Assembly (NCBI GenBank): GCA_965215565.1
Contig: CBDCDZ010000004.1
Location: 3,616,001 to 3,680,000, forward strand
DNA: 64,000 nucleotides
Direction: 5' to 3'
Origin: Trueperaceae bacterium
Lineage (GTDB): Bacteria > Deinococcota > Deinococci > Deinococcales > Trueperaceae
Positions 40,993 through 50,446 of the stretch are shown here, piece after piece; positions within the stretch are counted from its first letter, which is position 1, and each line of letters begins with the position of its first letter. Position numbers and translations under genes: made by a program. The notes under the pieces are model-generated. The model searched no databases. It was given only the letters and a program-made list of their open reading frames with translations, and had not been told where the DNA came from.

Positions 40993-42986
40993 TGCCCTGG
41001 TTGCTACTAGGTCTCGCCCTCATCGCAATTATCGCCTTGTTGCGCGCGCCGCGCTGGGTGAGCGCGGCTTTGTTCGGCTTCTCGCTGCTGCTGAGCGCCG
41101 GGCTCATGGTGCTCTCTGGACCGGAGCGGGCGATCGCGCCGATCTTGCTGCACGCTTTCGCCTTAGGGTTGTTCGTGCCGGCGGGCGCACGCGCGACGCG
41201 CATGGCGCGCGTCGCGCCCGCGCAGCGGCGCAGGGAGGCGCGCGAGGCTGAGGACACCTCGTCACCTTTTGATATTTCCGACATTCCCGGCTACGACGTG
41301 TTGGAAAAGGTCGGCTCGGGCGGCATGGCGAGCGTCTACCGCGCGCGCCGCAAGCGCGACGGGAAGACGGTAGCGCTAAAAATTCCGATGGAGCAGTACG
41401 TCGCCGACGCGAAGTTCATCCGCCGCTTCCACCGCGAGGCGGAGGTGGCGCAGCGCTTAGACCACGTCAACATCGTGCGCACTTTTGAGCACGGCAGCGT
41501 CGGCGCGAAGCACTTCATGGCGATGGAGTTCGTGGACGGGCGCTCGTTAGAGAGCTACGTCGAGGGGCGAGAGCTGAGCCTCGAGTCGAGCGTCCAGATC
41601 ATGCGCCGCGTGGCGGACGCGCTGCAACACATCCATATGGCGGGCATCATTCACCGCGACATCAAACCTGCCAACATCATGATTATTAGAGGGGGCGTCG
41701 ACGAGGGCGACGAGTGGGACGACCCTTACGTCGCGCCCGACGCCGTGAAGCTCATGGACTTCGGCATCGCGGGCGGCAAAATCTTGTCGCGTCTCACCAT
41801 GACGGGCGCGCGCATCGGCACGCCTATCTACATGTCGCCCGAGCAAGCTAGAGGGCTTAAAATCGACCACCGCAGCGACATCTACAGCTTAGGGCTCGTC
41901 TTTTACGAGATGCTCACGGGCGAAACAGCTTTTAAGGGCGGCTACGAGGTCATCGTGCACCAGCAGATTTTCCAGATGCCGCCGCCACCTAGACAGCTCA
42001 ATATTGCGATTCCGCAAGCGCTGGACGCGCTCGTGATGCGCATGGTGGCCAAAGACCCCGACGAGCGCCCGGAATTAGAGGAGATCGCGGCGCTTTTGGA
42101 GGGCAACTTAGAGGTGCCTCTCGCAGGCGTCGCAGCGTCGAGCGACCGCCTCATCTTGGCGGCGAGCGCGCGCCAAGGGGTGCTGCGTGTCCTCGATACG
42201 AACGGCAACTTGTGCGCGTCTTTCGGTGAAGTGGGCGCAGGTGAGGACGACTTCTCCGCTGCGCCGCAGTCCGTCGCGGTGGACCGCAGCGGTAACTTCT
42301 ACGTGGCGATTTTCGAATACCGCGTGGGTCAGGCGAGTTGTCCGATGATCCACAAGCTGAGCCCTTCAGGGGCGCGTCTCCTCTCCTTTGGGCATTACGG
42401 CATGAAACCCGGAGAACTGCTCTACCCGACCGCCGTTTCAGTCGGACCCGACGATACGGTCTACGTACTCGACGCGGAGACCTGCACCGTGCAGCGTTTC
42501 GACGTGGACGGAGACCACCTGGGTAGCTTCGGCGGACGCGGCGAGGGACACGGGCGCTTCAACGATCCTAAAACTCTGATTGCCGATGAGCGTGGCGTCT
42601 ACGTACTCGACTATGGCAACCGCCAGATTCAGCGCTTCGACGCCGGGGGTCATTACGAGACCCGCTGGGCGTTCAAGATGGACGAGGGGATGCGCACGCT
42701 GAGCGGTCTCGCGCCGGACGAAGCGGGCAACCTCTACATCGCGGAGCGCTCGAGCGGCAAGGTGCGCAAAGTCACCCCGGCGGGCGATATCGCGGCGTCT
42801 TTTACCGTTCAACCTCTGCAAGCTGACAGCGACGCGCTCTTAGACCTCGCGGTAGACAGCGCGGGCAACCTCTACGCAGCGCAGCGCGGCGAGCAGCTCA
42901 TCTATATCTACGACGCCGAGGGCAATCTCACCGACACAGCTGAGGTCTACGCGCCCATCAGTCAGATGATTTTGGCAAGAGGGTAA
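40992..42986 (+). CDS. Membrane Ser/Thr protein kinase with C-terminal NHL repeats
   Basis: GSGGMASVY, HRDIKPAN, DFGIA, YMSPEQ, followed by NHL-type repeats. Confidence 0.93.
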   Translation: MPWLLLGLALIAIIALLRAPRWVSAALFGFSLLLSAGLMVLSGPERAIAPILLHAFALGLFVPAGARATRMARVAPAQRRREAREAEDTSSPFDISDIPGYDVLEKVGSGGMASVYRARRKRDGKTVALKIPMEQYVADAKFIRRFHREAEVAQRLDHVNIVRTFEHGSVGAKHFMAMEFVDGRSLESYVEGRELSLESSVQIMRRVADALQHIHMAGIIHRDIKPANIMIIRGGVDEGDEWDDPYVAPDAVKLMDFGIAGGKILSRLTMTGARIGTPIYMSPEQARGLKIDHRSDIYSLGLVFYEMLTGETAFKGGYEVIVHQQIFQMPPPPRQLNIAIPQALDALVMRMVAKDPDERPELEEIAALLEGNLEVPLAGVAASSDRLILAASARQGVLRVLDTNGNLCASFGEVGAGEDDFSAAPQSVAVDRSGNFYVAIFEYRVGQASCPMIHKLSPSGARLLSFGHYGMKPGELLYPTAVSVGPDDTVYVLDAETCTVQRFDVDGDHLGSFGGRGEGHGRFNDPKTLIADERGVYVLDYGNRQIQRFDAGGHYETRWAFKMDEGMRTLSGLAPDEAGNLYIAERSSGKVRKVTPAGDIAASFTVQPLQADSDALLDLAVDSAGNLYAAQRGEQLIYIYDAEGNLTDTAEVYAPISQMILARG

Positions 42987-43041
42987 TTGAGGTCAAGGTT
43001 CTGCCGTTACATCTTTGAAACTACGTGCGTTGTCGTTAAGC

Positions 43042-43256
43042 TAGCACTTCCAAAACATATTGAGACAGAGTGCCGCAGGTATCACCTCACAATGTGCGTG
43101 CTAAGTACTTCGACTTCAATAATCTAAACTATCTCGAGGAAGTTTTTGCGCTCAGAACGAACTTCGTTGACATTCTCTAGTTTAGGTTATTTCGACACAT
43201 CTACTTAAACAGTGTTTTCTACAGTGAGGGTGTCTCAGACCAGATGATACCTGCTA
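43042..43256 (+). mobile_element. MITE-like family A, copy 3 (111-bp core plus 104-bp hairpin insert)
   Basis: Core aligns with the other copies. The insert has nested inverted repeats (aataatctaaacta / tagtttaggttatt). Confidence 0.8.
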
Positions 43257-43298
43257 AGCTTATCAGCCCCGGCTGAAGGCTCCTTTGCGCGCAGAAAA

Positions 43299-43409
43299 TA
43301 GCAGGTATCATCTGGTCAGCTACACTCTTACTTATAAGAACATTGTTTAGCACGCACTCTGAGGGATGATATCTGCGGAGAAGTGTAGCAATGAAACGTG
43401 GAAATGCTA
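43299..43409 (-). mobile_element. MITE-like family A, copy 4 (bare 111-bp core)
   Basis: Reverse complement tagcatttcc...gaccagatgatacctgcta. Confidence 0.8.
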
Positions 43410-43414
43410 AAAGA

Positions 43415-43568
43415 TACGGATTCCGATGAGCTTCACGAAGTACCCCTGAAAGGGACGGAATCAACTCCGACTCCGTAGAAGCGCGAAGCGTCTGCTGGTT
43501 ACGAAGTTTCCCTCCGGGAAAGCAAAATTTCATAACGGAGTGTATGCAGTAATCAATCGGAATCCATA
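43415..43568. mobile_element. MITE-like family B, expanded copy
   Basis: tacggattccgatga...gtaatcaatcggaatccata with several internal mini-hairpins. Confidence 0.75.
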
Positions 43569-43607
43569 TGAGAAGAGACATTCTGCCTTCTGTATTCTGC
43601 CTTTACT

Positions 43608-43788
43608 TAGCACTTCCAAAACATACTGAGACAAAGGGGCGCAGATCTCTGTCCGCAAGGACTAGCGGGATTTCATCTCATAATGTGCGTGTTGATTACG
43701 GAGTTTTCGCAAGGCGAAACAGTGTTTTTTATAGTGAGAGTGTTGCTTCGCAAAACTTACGTATACTCAAACCAGATGATACCTGCTA
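43608..43788 (+). mobile_element. MITE-like family A, copy 5 (111-bp core plus 25, 23 and 22-bp inserts)
   Basis: Core aligns and the three inserts account exactly for the extra 70 bp. Confidence 0.8.
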
Positions 43789-43868
43789 ACTCTATTCAGC
43801 CGGCTGCTTTAGGTCTTTCGCCAAGTCTCACGTCGCGAAGCGTGAGCTAGCAAACAGTGCGTTAGATA

Positions 43869-43979
43869 AAGCAGTTCACAGAAGTACTGAATTGGAATAG
43901 CGCAAACATCATTTAAGAATGTGTGTGCTCGTCGGTGTTCTCCAACGTGAGACTGGCTCAAACCAAATGATACTTGCTA
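43869..43979 (+). mobile_element. MITE-like family A, copy 6 (bare 111-bp core)
   Basis: aagcagttca...caaaccaaatgatacttgcta. Confidence 0.75.
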
Positions 43980-43992
43980 TAGTATCTGAACG

Positions 43993-44769
43993 TCAGGCGG
44001 CGATAGGTAGCGCCCGGGTGAGTGCGCCGAGCATCTCTTCAGCGCTGCCGTAGCGCTCGCAAGGGTTGTGTAAGAGCGCCTTTTTGATGATAGGTGCTAG
44101 AGGCGCAGCCTCGTTTGGCAACGCGCCGAGATGCACAGTTGGGTCGCCCATGAGAAAGCGAAACACGTCTTTGCCGTAGGGGGGACCGCCCGTCACCATG
44201 TGGTAGAGCACCGCGCCTACCGCGTAGAGGTCACTTCTTGGATCGCGCCGCTCGCCCGCGAACTGCTCGGGCGGCATGTAGTTGGGCGTCCCCAAAGACA
44301 CGCCCTGCTGGGTGATCGCCGCGAGCGCTAAGTCTTTGGCGAAGCCGAAGTCTGTCAGGAGTGCCTTCTCGCCGTTGATGAGGATATTCGACGGCTTGAC
44401 GTCGCAGTGAATAACGTCACTCTTGTGGGCGTAGGCGAGCGCTTGGAGCACGTCCGTAGCAATCTTGATGCTCCGCTCTAAACTGAGCGTGCCTTGATTC
44501 AGCGCTTTCTCGAGCGACACGCCGGGGCAGTACGCAAAGATGAGGCTCATATCTTGCACAGCTAGGAGGGGCACGATGTTGTCGTGCTCCAAAAAGGTGA
44601 CCACCGCAGCTTCGCGCCCTAATCGGTTGGCGAGCGAGGGCGAACCCCCTCTAAGCTCTTTAACCACCACGAGTTTATCGTGCCAGCGGGCTAACTCGAC
44701 CCTCATAGGTCCGTGGTCCGAAAGTACGCGAATGGGAGTAAACATTGCCATAAGGTTATCATGTTTCAC
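43993..44769 (-). CDS. Ser/Thr protein kinase (catalytic domain only)
   Basis: VVVKE, HCDVKPSN, DFG, GTPNYMPPEQ, SDLYAVG. Confidence 0.9.
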   Translation of the reverse strand: MKHDNLMAMFTPIRVLSDHGPMRVELARWHDKLVVVKELRGGSPSLANRLGREAAVVTFLEHDNIVPLLAVQDMSLIFAYCPGVSLEKALNQGTLSLERSIKIATDVLQALAYAHKSDVIHCDVKPSNILINGEKALLTDFGFAKDLALAAITQQGVSLGTPNYMPPEQFAGERRDPRSDLYAVGAVLYHMVTGGPPYGKDVFRFLMGDPTVHLGALPNEAAPLAPIIKKALLHNPCERYGSAEEMLGALTRALPIAA

Positions 44770-44772
44770 ATC

Positions 44773-45478
44773 TTAATAATCTTCATGGACAACGTGATTT
44801 TTCTTACTTTGAGTCTCAAGTGCGAGCTTCACCGCGCCCCCAACATGAGTTTGTAAGACGCGAACGCCGTGAGCCTGGAGCCGCTCCAAAACGCCCGTGT
44901 GTGGGTGCCCGTATCCATTTCTGCCGTAAGAAAGAACCGCCTGCTCGGGCTGCGCGGCCCTCAGGAGCGCGTCGGACGTTGAATGTTTCGAGCCGTGATG
45001 CGCCACCATTAAGATATCGACGTCGGGCACGAACAGCTCCCTTTCGACGGGGCTCGAGAGGTCCCCCAAAAAGAGCGCCTTAGTGCCTTTTACGTCCAGC
45101 ACAAAGGCCACCGAGTTGTCGTTGTCGCTCTCGTAAGGGACGGGCGGCGGGTTGAGAATCTCGAGGTCAGCCTCGCCTACGCTCAGCCTTTCGCCGCGCG
45201 TCACCTGCATCACCTTGACGCCCTTGCGCGCCGCAACCTCTAGGAGCGCGTCGAACACGGGTTTACCCGGTGCGGGTGCGCCGATGAGGAGCGTTTGCAC
45301 GGGCATGCCCTCTAATACACTGACGAGCCCTTCGATATGATCGGTGTCAGGGTGCGAGGCGACGACGAGTTCTAGTTCGTCCACCCCTTGCGCTCGCAGC
45401 GCAGGCAGCACCGTGCCCTTCCCCACGTCGAAATCGCTGAAGGGCGTCCCGCCCCCGTCCACTAAAATTTCGATGCGC
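44773..45478 (-). pseudogene. comEC: 3' fragment of ComEC/Rec2 (metallo-beta-lactamase domain) cut by transposon insertion
   Basis: RIEILVDGGG, SHPDTDHIEG, NDNSV, GD, VAHHGS, NGYGHP. The frame ends at the TGT transposon terminus and the Competence/TM domain is absent. Confidence 0.85.
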
Positions 45479-45545
45479 TGTCAGATACAATAATCTATGC
45501 GACTAAACAATAATCCTTGCGACTCTCACAATAATCTCTGCGACT
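45479..45545 (+). repeat. Tn7-like end: 8-bp terminus plus three TnsB-binding-type repeats
   Basis: TGTCAGAT, then ACAATAATCnnTGCGACT at 45487, 45507 and 45528. Confidence 0.85.
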
Positions 45546-45562
45546 GACGTATACTCACCTGA

Positions 45563-47345
45563 GTGAGTGTCGTACCGCCTATCGACAAATTTGTTTTGGG
45601 GGACCAATTATACTTCCTCGACTGGATAGGCGGTGTGACGCACAATCCAGGAAAGTCCAGCGAGCCCCTCATGCAGGTATTCACGAGCCCGGTCATAACG
45701 AACAGCGGCGGCATGTCTTACGGAAAGCAGTTCGCTATGAACGTCGGCGTCGGTTTACTCCCTTACATGAAGATCGGCTCCCTCTGGTATGAAGGCAACC
45801 GTATCGGCCTGTTTCCTCTCCGCAAAGTCACCTTTAAGTTAAGAATCGCATCCGACAACCCCATCGTCTCGACGCTTCAGGAAGCTCTGGGAGATGAGCC
45901 CGGTGCGAGTAGGGGCGGGCGTACAGTACTCGGCACCGCTTTGTTCGACACGATAAGTCGAACGAACTGCTTGGTTTACCGTTATGACACGACGCGCAGA
46001 AAGAAGAGCATACTCAGTAGCATCATCTTCCCGGTCATGGAAATTGTCAGGTTCTACTACGCGACCGGGACGAGGCTTAGCAACGCCCTCTTCACGGGCG
46101 AGGTGCAAGGGGAGGACTTGTCGCGACTGTGCAGTGAGGGTTCGGGTCTCTATGACGACGTCGCCATCGTCAAGCTGAAGTCCGAATACGCCGACAGCTC
46201 TGCTTACATCATCGGCAGATGGCTGGGGTCGCCTCACGCCAGGGCGCAAGCGATTAAAATCTACCAGACTGTCCGCAAGGGAACCATCAACCGGCGGGCC
46301 GACCCTTCGAGCGATCTGCACGTGTCGCCGGAAGTCACCTTTCCCTTCCTCGGACCCACCGATCTGAGTGTCCAAGGCACTTACCTTACCCGAGAGAACG
46401 GCGAGCGACATTTCCTGGTCAGTCGTCTCCTACGCTGCACTGCACCTTTTCCCTACGAGGCGGTCACAGTCGAGCGTCCCCTCGGCAAGATCGAAGAGAC
46501 GTTAGAAGGAGAAGAGGGTAATCCCATCTACAGGCGACCCTTTACTCGGAAGCGCAAACCTAAAGGCAGAATCAAACATCACAACGAACCGAACCTCGGA
46601 CTCCGAACCCTGAGCATCGACCTTTACGAAGAGAACTTCCCCGACTTAGAGAACAAACCCCTCCACAAGACCTACGGGGAAGCCTATATCCACCGCACCA
46701 AGAAGCGGAAAGAGGGCGAGGAAGGGGACGATTTCTCGAGCGGCTCCGGCGTCCACGGCGGCTCGGGTCCTAGAGGTATCAGGCTCAACACCGATCCTGC
46801 GGACGAGCCTCCTAAAGCGCAGAAAAAGCGTGCCACGCCGGTGCAGTTGGCGTTCACTAAAGACGCGCTGGACACGCTCAGGGACGCATATAAAGTTCCC
46901 TATACGCTCCTCGATGCCGACGGTCAGGAACTATCAGAGGGGGAAGGATTCGCACTTCTCCCTAGCGAACTTCGGCTGCTGAACGACTGGGCGGAGTACG
47001 AGGTGGGTGAGGAACAACACGCGCCACGTCCTCATCGCCGAACTCGAGCACGAATCTGGGCTTTTCACCATCTTCGAGGTCGAGCGGCGACTGAGCGGCG
47101 AGAGCGGTCGCTACCGGATGCTCATCGCCCATCTGATCACGATGGGAAGTTTGCGGTGGAATGTCAAAGCGATGCTCCAGGTCTTTGCAGAGGAGCAAAG
47201 GGTGTTCCTACCCGAAAAGAAAGCGTTGCAGGCGCTCAAGCCCAAATATTTCAATCATAAGATCGGAGAGACTGCGCCGGAATTTGCCAAGAGAGTATTC
47301 GACTACATGGAGGCACTAGCGAAGCGATCCCGTAAAGAAGGGTGA
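45563..47345 (+). pseudogene. tnsE: TnsE-like target-selection protein, frameshifted near 47000
   Basis: Blocks resemble Tn7 TnsE as recalled (FPVMEIVRF, IGRWLGS, FPFLGPTDLSVQG...FLVSRL). The C-terminal block RHVLIAELE..FTIFEVE lies in the +1 frame (47007-47345). Confidence 0.65.
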
Positions 47346-47403
47346 TTCCCTCATCTTTAGGCGTGTTAAACTCCCCCGAACTAAATCAAGGGGGATAATT
47401 TTC

Positions 47404-47685
47404 ATGGCAAACATCTCGAAAGCCGACCTCGTAGACACGCTCGCCGGGGAAACCGAACTCAACAAGAGCCAGGCGAAAGACGCTTTGGAAGCGGTTCTGA
47501 GCACCATCACATCGCACCTCGAGAAAGAGGACAAGGTCACTTTAACCGGCTTCGGCACCTTTGAGGTGAGAGAGCGCAACGCCAGAGAAGGGGTCAAGCC
47601 GGGTACGAGCGAGAAGATTCAGATACCCGCGACTAAATACCCGGCGTTCAAAGCAGGAAAGAACCTCAAGGATCGCGTGAAGTAG
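47404..47685 (+). CDS. hup: HU-family DNA-binding protein
   Basis: KADLVD, VTLTGFGTFEVRERNAREG.KP.T, PAFKAGK. Confidence 0.93.
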   Translation: MANISKADLVDTLAGETELNKSQAKDALEAVLSTITSHLEKEDKVTLTGFGTFEVRERNAREGVKPGTSEKIQIPATKYPAFKAGKNLKDRVK

Positions 47686-47718
47686 GCATTTATCTCGTTC
47701 AGCGCTTAAACTGTAAAG

Positions 47719-47985
47719 GTGACCAAGCCTTCCCTCTTCGACCCTGCCGTGCTCGATCAGTTGGAAGGCTTGAACGAGCGCTACGCCAAGCTGAGCGCTC
47801 GCATTGAAGAGCTGGAGGCCAGGATCGACGCGGGCGTAGCGTTCGACCTGCCGCCCGACACCGCGCAACTCGGCAGCTTGGTAGACACGCGACGTAGAGT
47901 CGAAGTTACGAAGTTTTCCGAAGGAAAGGAGGCTGTAGCGTTGCTCGAGACGCTCCTCAACGAGTTGAGAGAAGCAGCCCCTTAG
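47719..47985 (+). CDS. Hypothetical coiled-coil protein
   Basis: 88-aa ORF co-oriented between hup and the sulfotransferase gene. Confidence 0.55.
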   Translation: MTKPSLFDPAVLDQLEGLNERYAKLSARIEELEARIDAGVAFDLPPDTAQLGSLVDTRRRVEVTKFSEGKEAVALLETLLNELREAAP

Positions 47986-48044
47986 TTCTGCTGCCACCTT
48001 CCCCAATCGCATCCTATCTAATCGTCTAGTTTAGGGAGGTTCTC

Positions 48045-48731
48045 ATGGCACTTCAAGTCATCGGCGCAGGCACAGGACGCACCGGCACTATGTCGCTCAA
48101 GCTCGCCCTAGAACAACTCGGCTACGGCAGGTGCTATCACATGGTCGAGCTGCTCCAACATCCCGAGGACGTGGTCCACTGGGAGCGGGCGAATAGGGGC
48201 GAGCCGGTGGACTGGGACACGCTCTTCGCAGGCTACCGTGCTACCGTGGATTACCCCGGCTACCTCCACTACAAGACGCTCATGCAGCGCTACCCTAATG
48301 CCAAAGTCATCCTTACCGTGCGCGACCCCGACGCCTGGTATGAAAGTGCTCTCGCGACGATCTACCGTGCCGAGCCCGGTTTGGCGCAAAAGCTCAAAAT
48401 GGGCTTAGCCCTCCCTTTCTCCCCGAAGCTCCGCAAGCTCCTGCGCGTGTTCCAGCTCTCGGGCGAGGTTTGGGAGCGGGAGTTCGAGGGCAGGTTCGAG
48501 GACAAGGACTTCGCGGTAGCGAGGTTCGAGCGGCACAACGAAGAGGTCAAGCGCACTGTGCCCGCCGACAAACTTCTCATCTATGAGGTCAAGCAGGGGT
48601 GGGGACCTCTTTGCGAGTTCCTGGAGGTATCCGTAGCCGACACGCCCTTTCCCCGCTCTAACGACCGACAGGCGTTTCAGGCGCAGCAGAGGCGGGGATT
48701 GCGAGCCTTACTCAGGAATGACATCGCTTAG
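48045..48731 (+). CDS. Sulfotransferase-family P-loop protein (Sulfotransfer_4-like)
   Basis: VIGAGTGRTGTMSLKLAL, CYHM, KVILTVRD..WYES, GWGPLCEFL, FPRSN. Confidence 0.85.
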   Translation: MALQVIGAGTGRTGTMSLKLALEQLGYGRCYHMVELLQHPEDVVHWERANRGEPVDWDTLFAGYRATVDYPGYLHYKTLMQRYPNAKVILTVRDPDAWYESALATIYRAEPGLAQKLKMGLALPFSPKLRKLLRVFQLSGEVWEREFEGRFEDKDFAVARFERHNEEVKRTVPADKLLIYEVKQGWGPLCEFLEVSVADTPFPRSNDRQAFQAQQRRGLRALLRNDIA

Positions 48732-48762
48732 CGGAGAGGTTGCTCAAAACCGTTCTTCACAT

Positions 48763-48801
48763 GAAAGAACACCCGCTACTCGGTGTAGCGGGTGTTCTTT
48801 C
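48763..48801. terminator. Bidirectional terminator-like hairpin
   Basis: gaaagaacacccgctac-tcggt-gtagcgggtgttctttc between convergent genes. Confidence 0.7.
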
Positions 48802-48904
48802 GGTTCGAGTCGACATGTGGTGTCATTGTTGCGAGAAGCAACTGTAGAGCGTTGTTCCAACCTCTCATGCTACGGTCGCTGCTAGTCGATGCCTTCTGGC
48901 ATTT

Positions 48905-48945
48905 ATACCTAGGCGCTCCGCAAGCAAAGCGGAGCGCCTAGGTAT
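48905..48945. terminator. 17-bp perfect stem-loop after the lipoprotein gene
   Basis: atacctaggcgctccgc-aagcaaa-gcggagcgcctaggtat. Confidence 0.55.
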
Positions 48946-48948
48946 TTA

Positions 48949-50007
48949 CTATTGGAAGTTGAAAGAATCAGAGGTATTACAGGTGCCGGTTCTACCTCTA
49001 TCCGACGCCGTGTGAGTCGTCGACTCCGAGCCGGACACTTCGATGTTCAAGCCTGCAACCCAGTAAGGGATTCTAGGCAGCGCCGAACCGTAGCGGCTGC
49101 TGGTGTAAGTGCCTGTCCGACTGCCCACCTCTTTAACAACGGTTCCTGAAACTGTAACGTTTTTCCGAACGCTGAGGCTCAAGTCTCCTTTGTTGGGCGT
49201 GTATATCCGACCCACATTTCCGGTTCCGGCGAATAAGCCGTATACCGAGGGGTTTCCTGGTAACTTGATCCAGGTGAATTTTGCCGCGCCGCTTGCGCCC
49301 ACAACACGTCTGGCCCGGAGCCGTTTTTTGTAGTAGGTATCTACGCAGCTATCGGCGGCTAGCTCAGCTTTGGGGATCAGATATTCTTTGATGAAGGAAA
49401 TCAACCCTTGCGACTCCAAAACCGACGTACTCTCTACTGCGGCTGTAGAGCGCTCGATAGGGCTGTAGGCGACACCTAAATCCCTATTTGCCTGGGTGCT
49501 GAGAGACTCAGGCGTAGCAACAGCGCTCAGGTCGACCTGGGATAGAGAATCGACTGGGATAGCAACAATGTTATCGTCAGTGACAAGGTAAACGATGTCC
49601 GCGATCTGTACTAGACCCTTCTCGTTTAGAATACTTTGAAGGTAAGGGTCGTGAATGATGGTCCGGGGTAAGAGGTCTTGATCAGCGAGAGATTCACGCT
49701 CCTCTGCACTGAGTTGAGCGAAATCCTCCTCCATAGAGAGGTTTTGCTGCTCAATTGTGTGTCTTTCCGAAGTGTAGCCCATGCGTTGCTCGAGACTATT
49801 CAAGAACGCTTCATCCTGATTGATGAGGCTACCCCAATAGGTTGCGAAGGCGTCGAAATCCGGAAATGTAAGGCGACCGTCGACAAGCGACGCTTGAGCG
49901 GCAGAGTCGTATTCCTCTGGGGTTTGTACTGAGTTTTGCGTACCACACGCAGTTAAACCCACTGTTACAGACAGTAGTGCGACTAGTAGTAAGGATGTGC
50001 TTTTCAT
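48949..50007 (-). CDS. Lipoprotein with DUF4848-like N-terminal region
   Basis: MKSTS start after AGGAG, lipobox LTAC, GRLTF, DPYLQSILNEKGLVQI. Confidence 0.7.
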   Translation of the reverse strand: MKSTSLLLVALLSVTVGLTACGTQNSVQTPEEYDSAAQASLVDGRLTFPDFDAFATYWGSLINQDEAFLNSLEQRMGYTSERHTIEQQNLSMEEDFAQLSAEERESLADQDLLPRTIIHDPYLQSILNEKGLVQIADIVYLVTDDNIVAIPVDSLSQVDLSAVATPESLSTQANRDLGVAYSPIERSTAAVESTSVLESQGLISFIKEYLIPKAELAADSCVDTYYKKRLRARRVVGASGAAKFTWIKLPGNPSVYGLFAGTGNVGRIYTPNKGDLSLSVRKNVTVSGTVVKEVGSRTGTYTSSRYGSALPRIPYWVAGLNIEVSGSESTTHTASDRGRTGTCNTSDSFNFQ

Positions 50008-50446
50008 AATTATCTCCTGTTTGAAAGAACTCGGGTCAGTCAAAGCTGAATCCAACAGACGGGACTTTGGAAACTCAGGGGTGTGAGTGCCGAATGTTAG
50101 ATACTCGAACGAATCATGCTTACGGTGCTAAACGTAGCGTTGCTCCAGGCGCTTTGCAGCAAGGTGTCGAAATTTAGGTAGGATGTGCCCGCTCTACCTA
50201 TGCAGCTATGTACCGTGAAGAAAGCTTCCCTGCACCTACCTCCCTTTCTTTAGATTTAGGCTGTAAGCGTTACTAGTAACTTCAGCGATCAGTTGATCCA
50301 CTAACAACCTTGACCTAAATCAAAAGCCTTCGAGGGTTCCCGGACGGAGCCACAAATCCTGGAACCTATTTGGAACCAAATACAAGTAAGGCTGTAGGCA
50401 ACTTCGTTGAACTTGCGAAGCCGACAAGTAAGAAAGGATGACGACC

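Noticed and set aside
43042..43256. HDV-like ribozyme in family-A repeat
   Set aside because: Pairing topology is superficially pseudoknot-like, but the P3/L3 and J4/2 consensus residues were not found.
42987..43992. CRISPR array
   Set aside because: Repeat units are ~111 bp, divergent, in both orientations and irregularly spaced. No cas genes are nearby.
45487..45545. Mini CRISPR array or plasmid iterons
   Set aside because: Repeats are separated by only 2-3 bp, begin 8 bp inside a TGT terminus at a gene breakpoint, and sit beside a TnsE-like gene. This fits transposase-binding sites.
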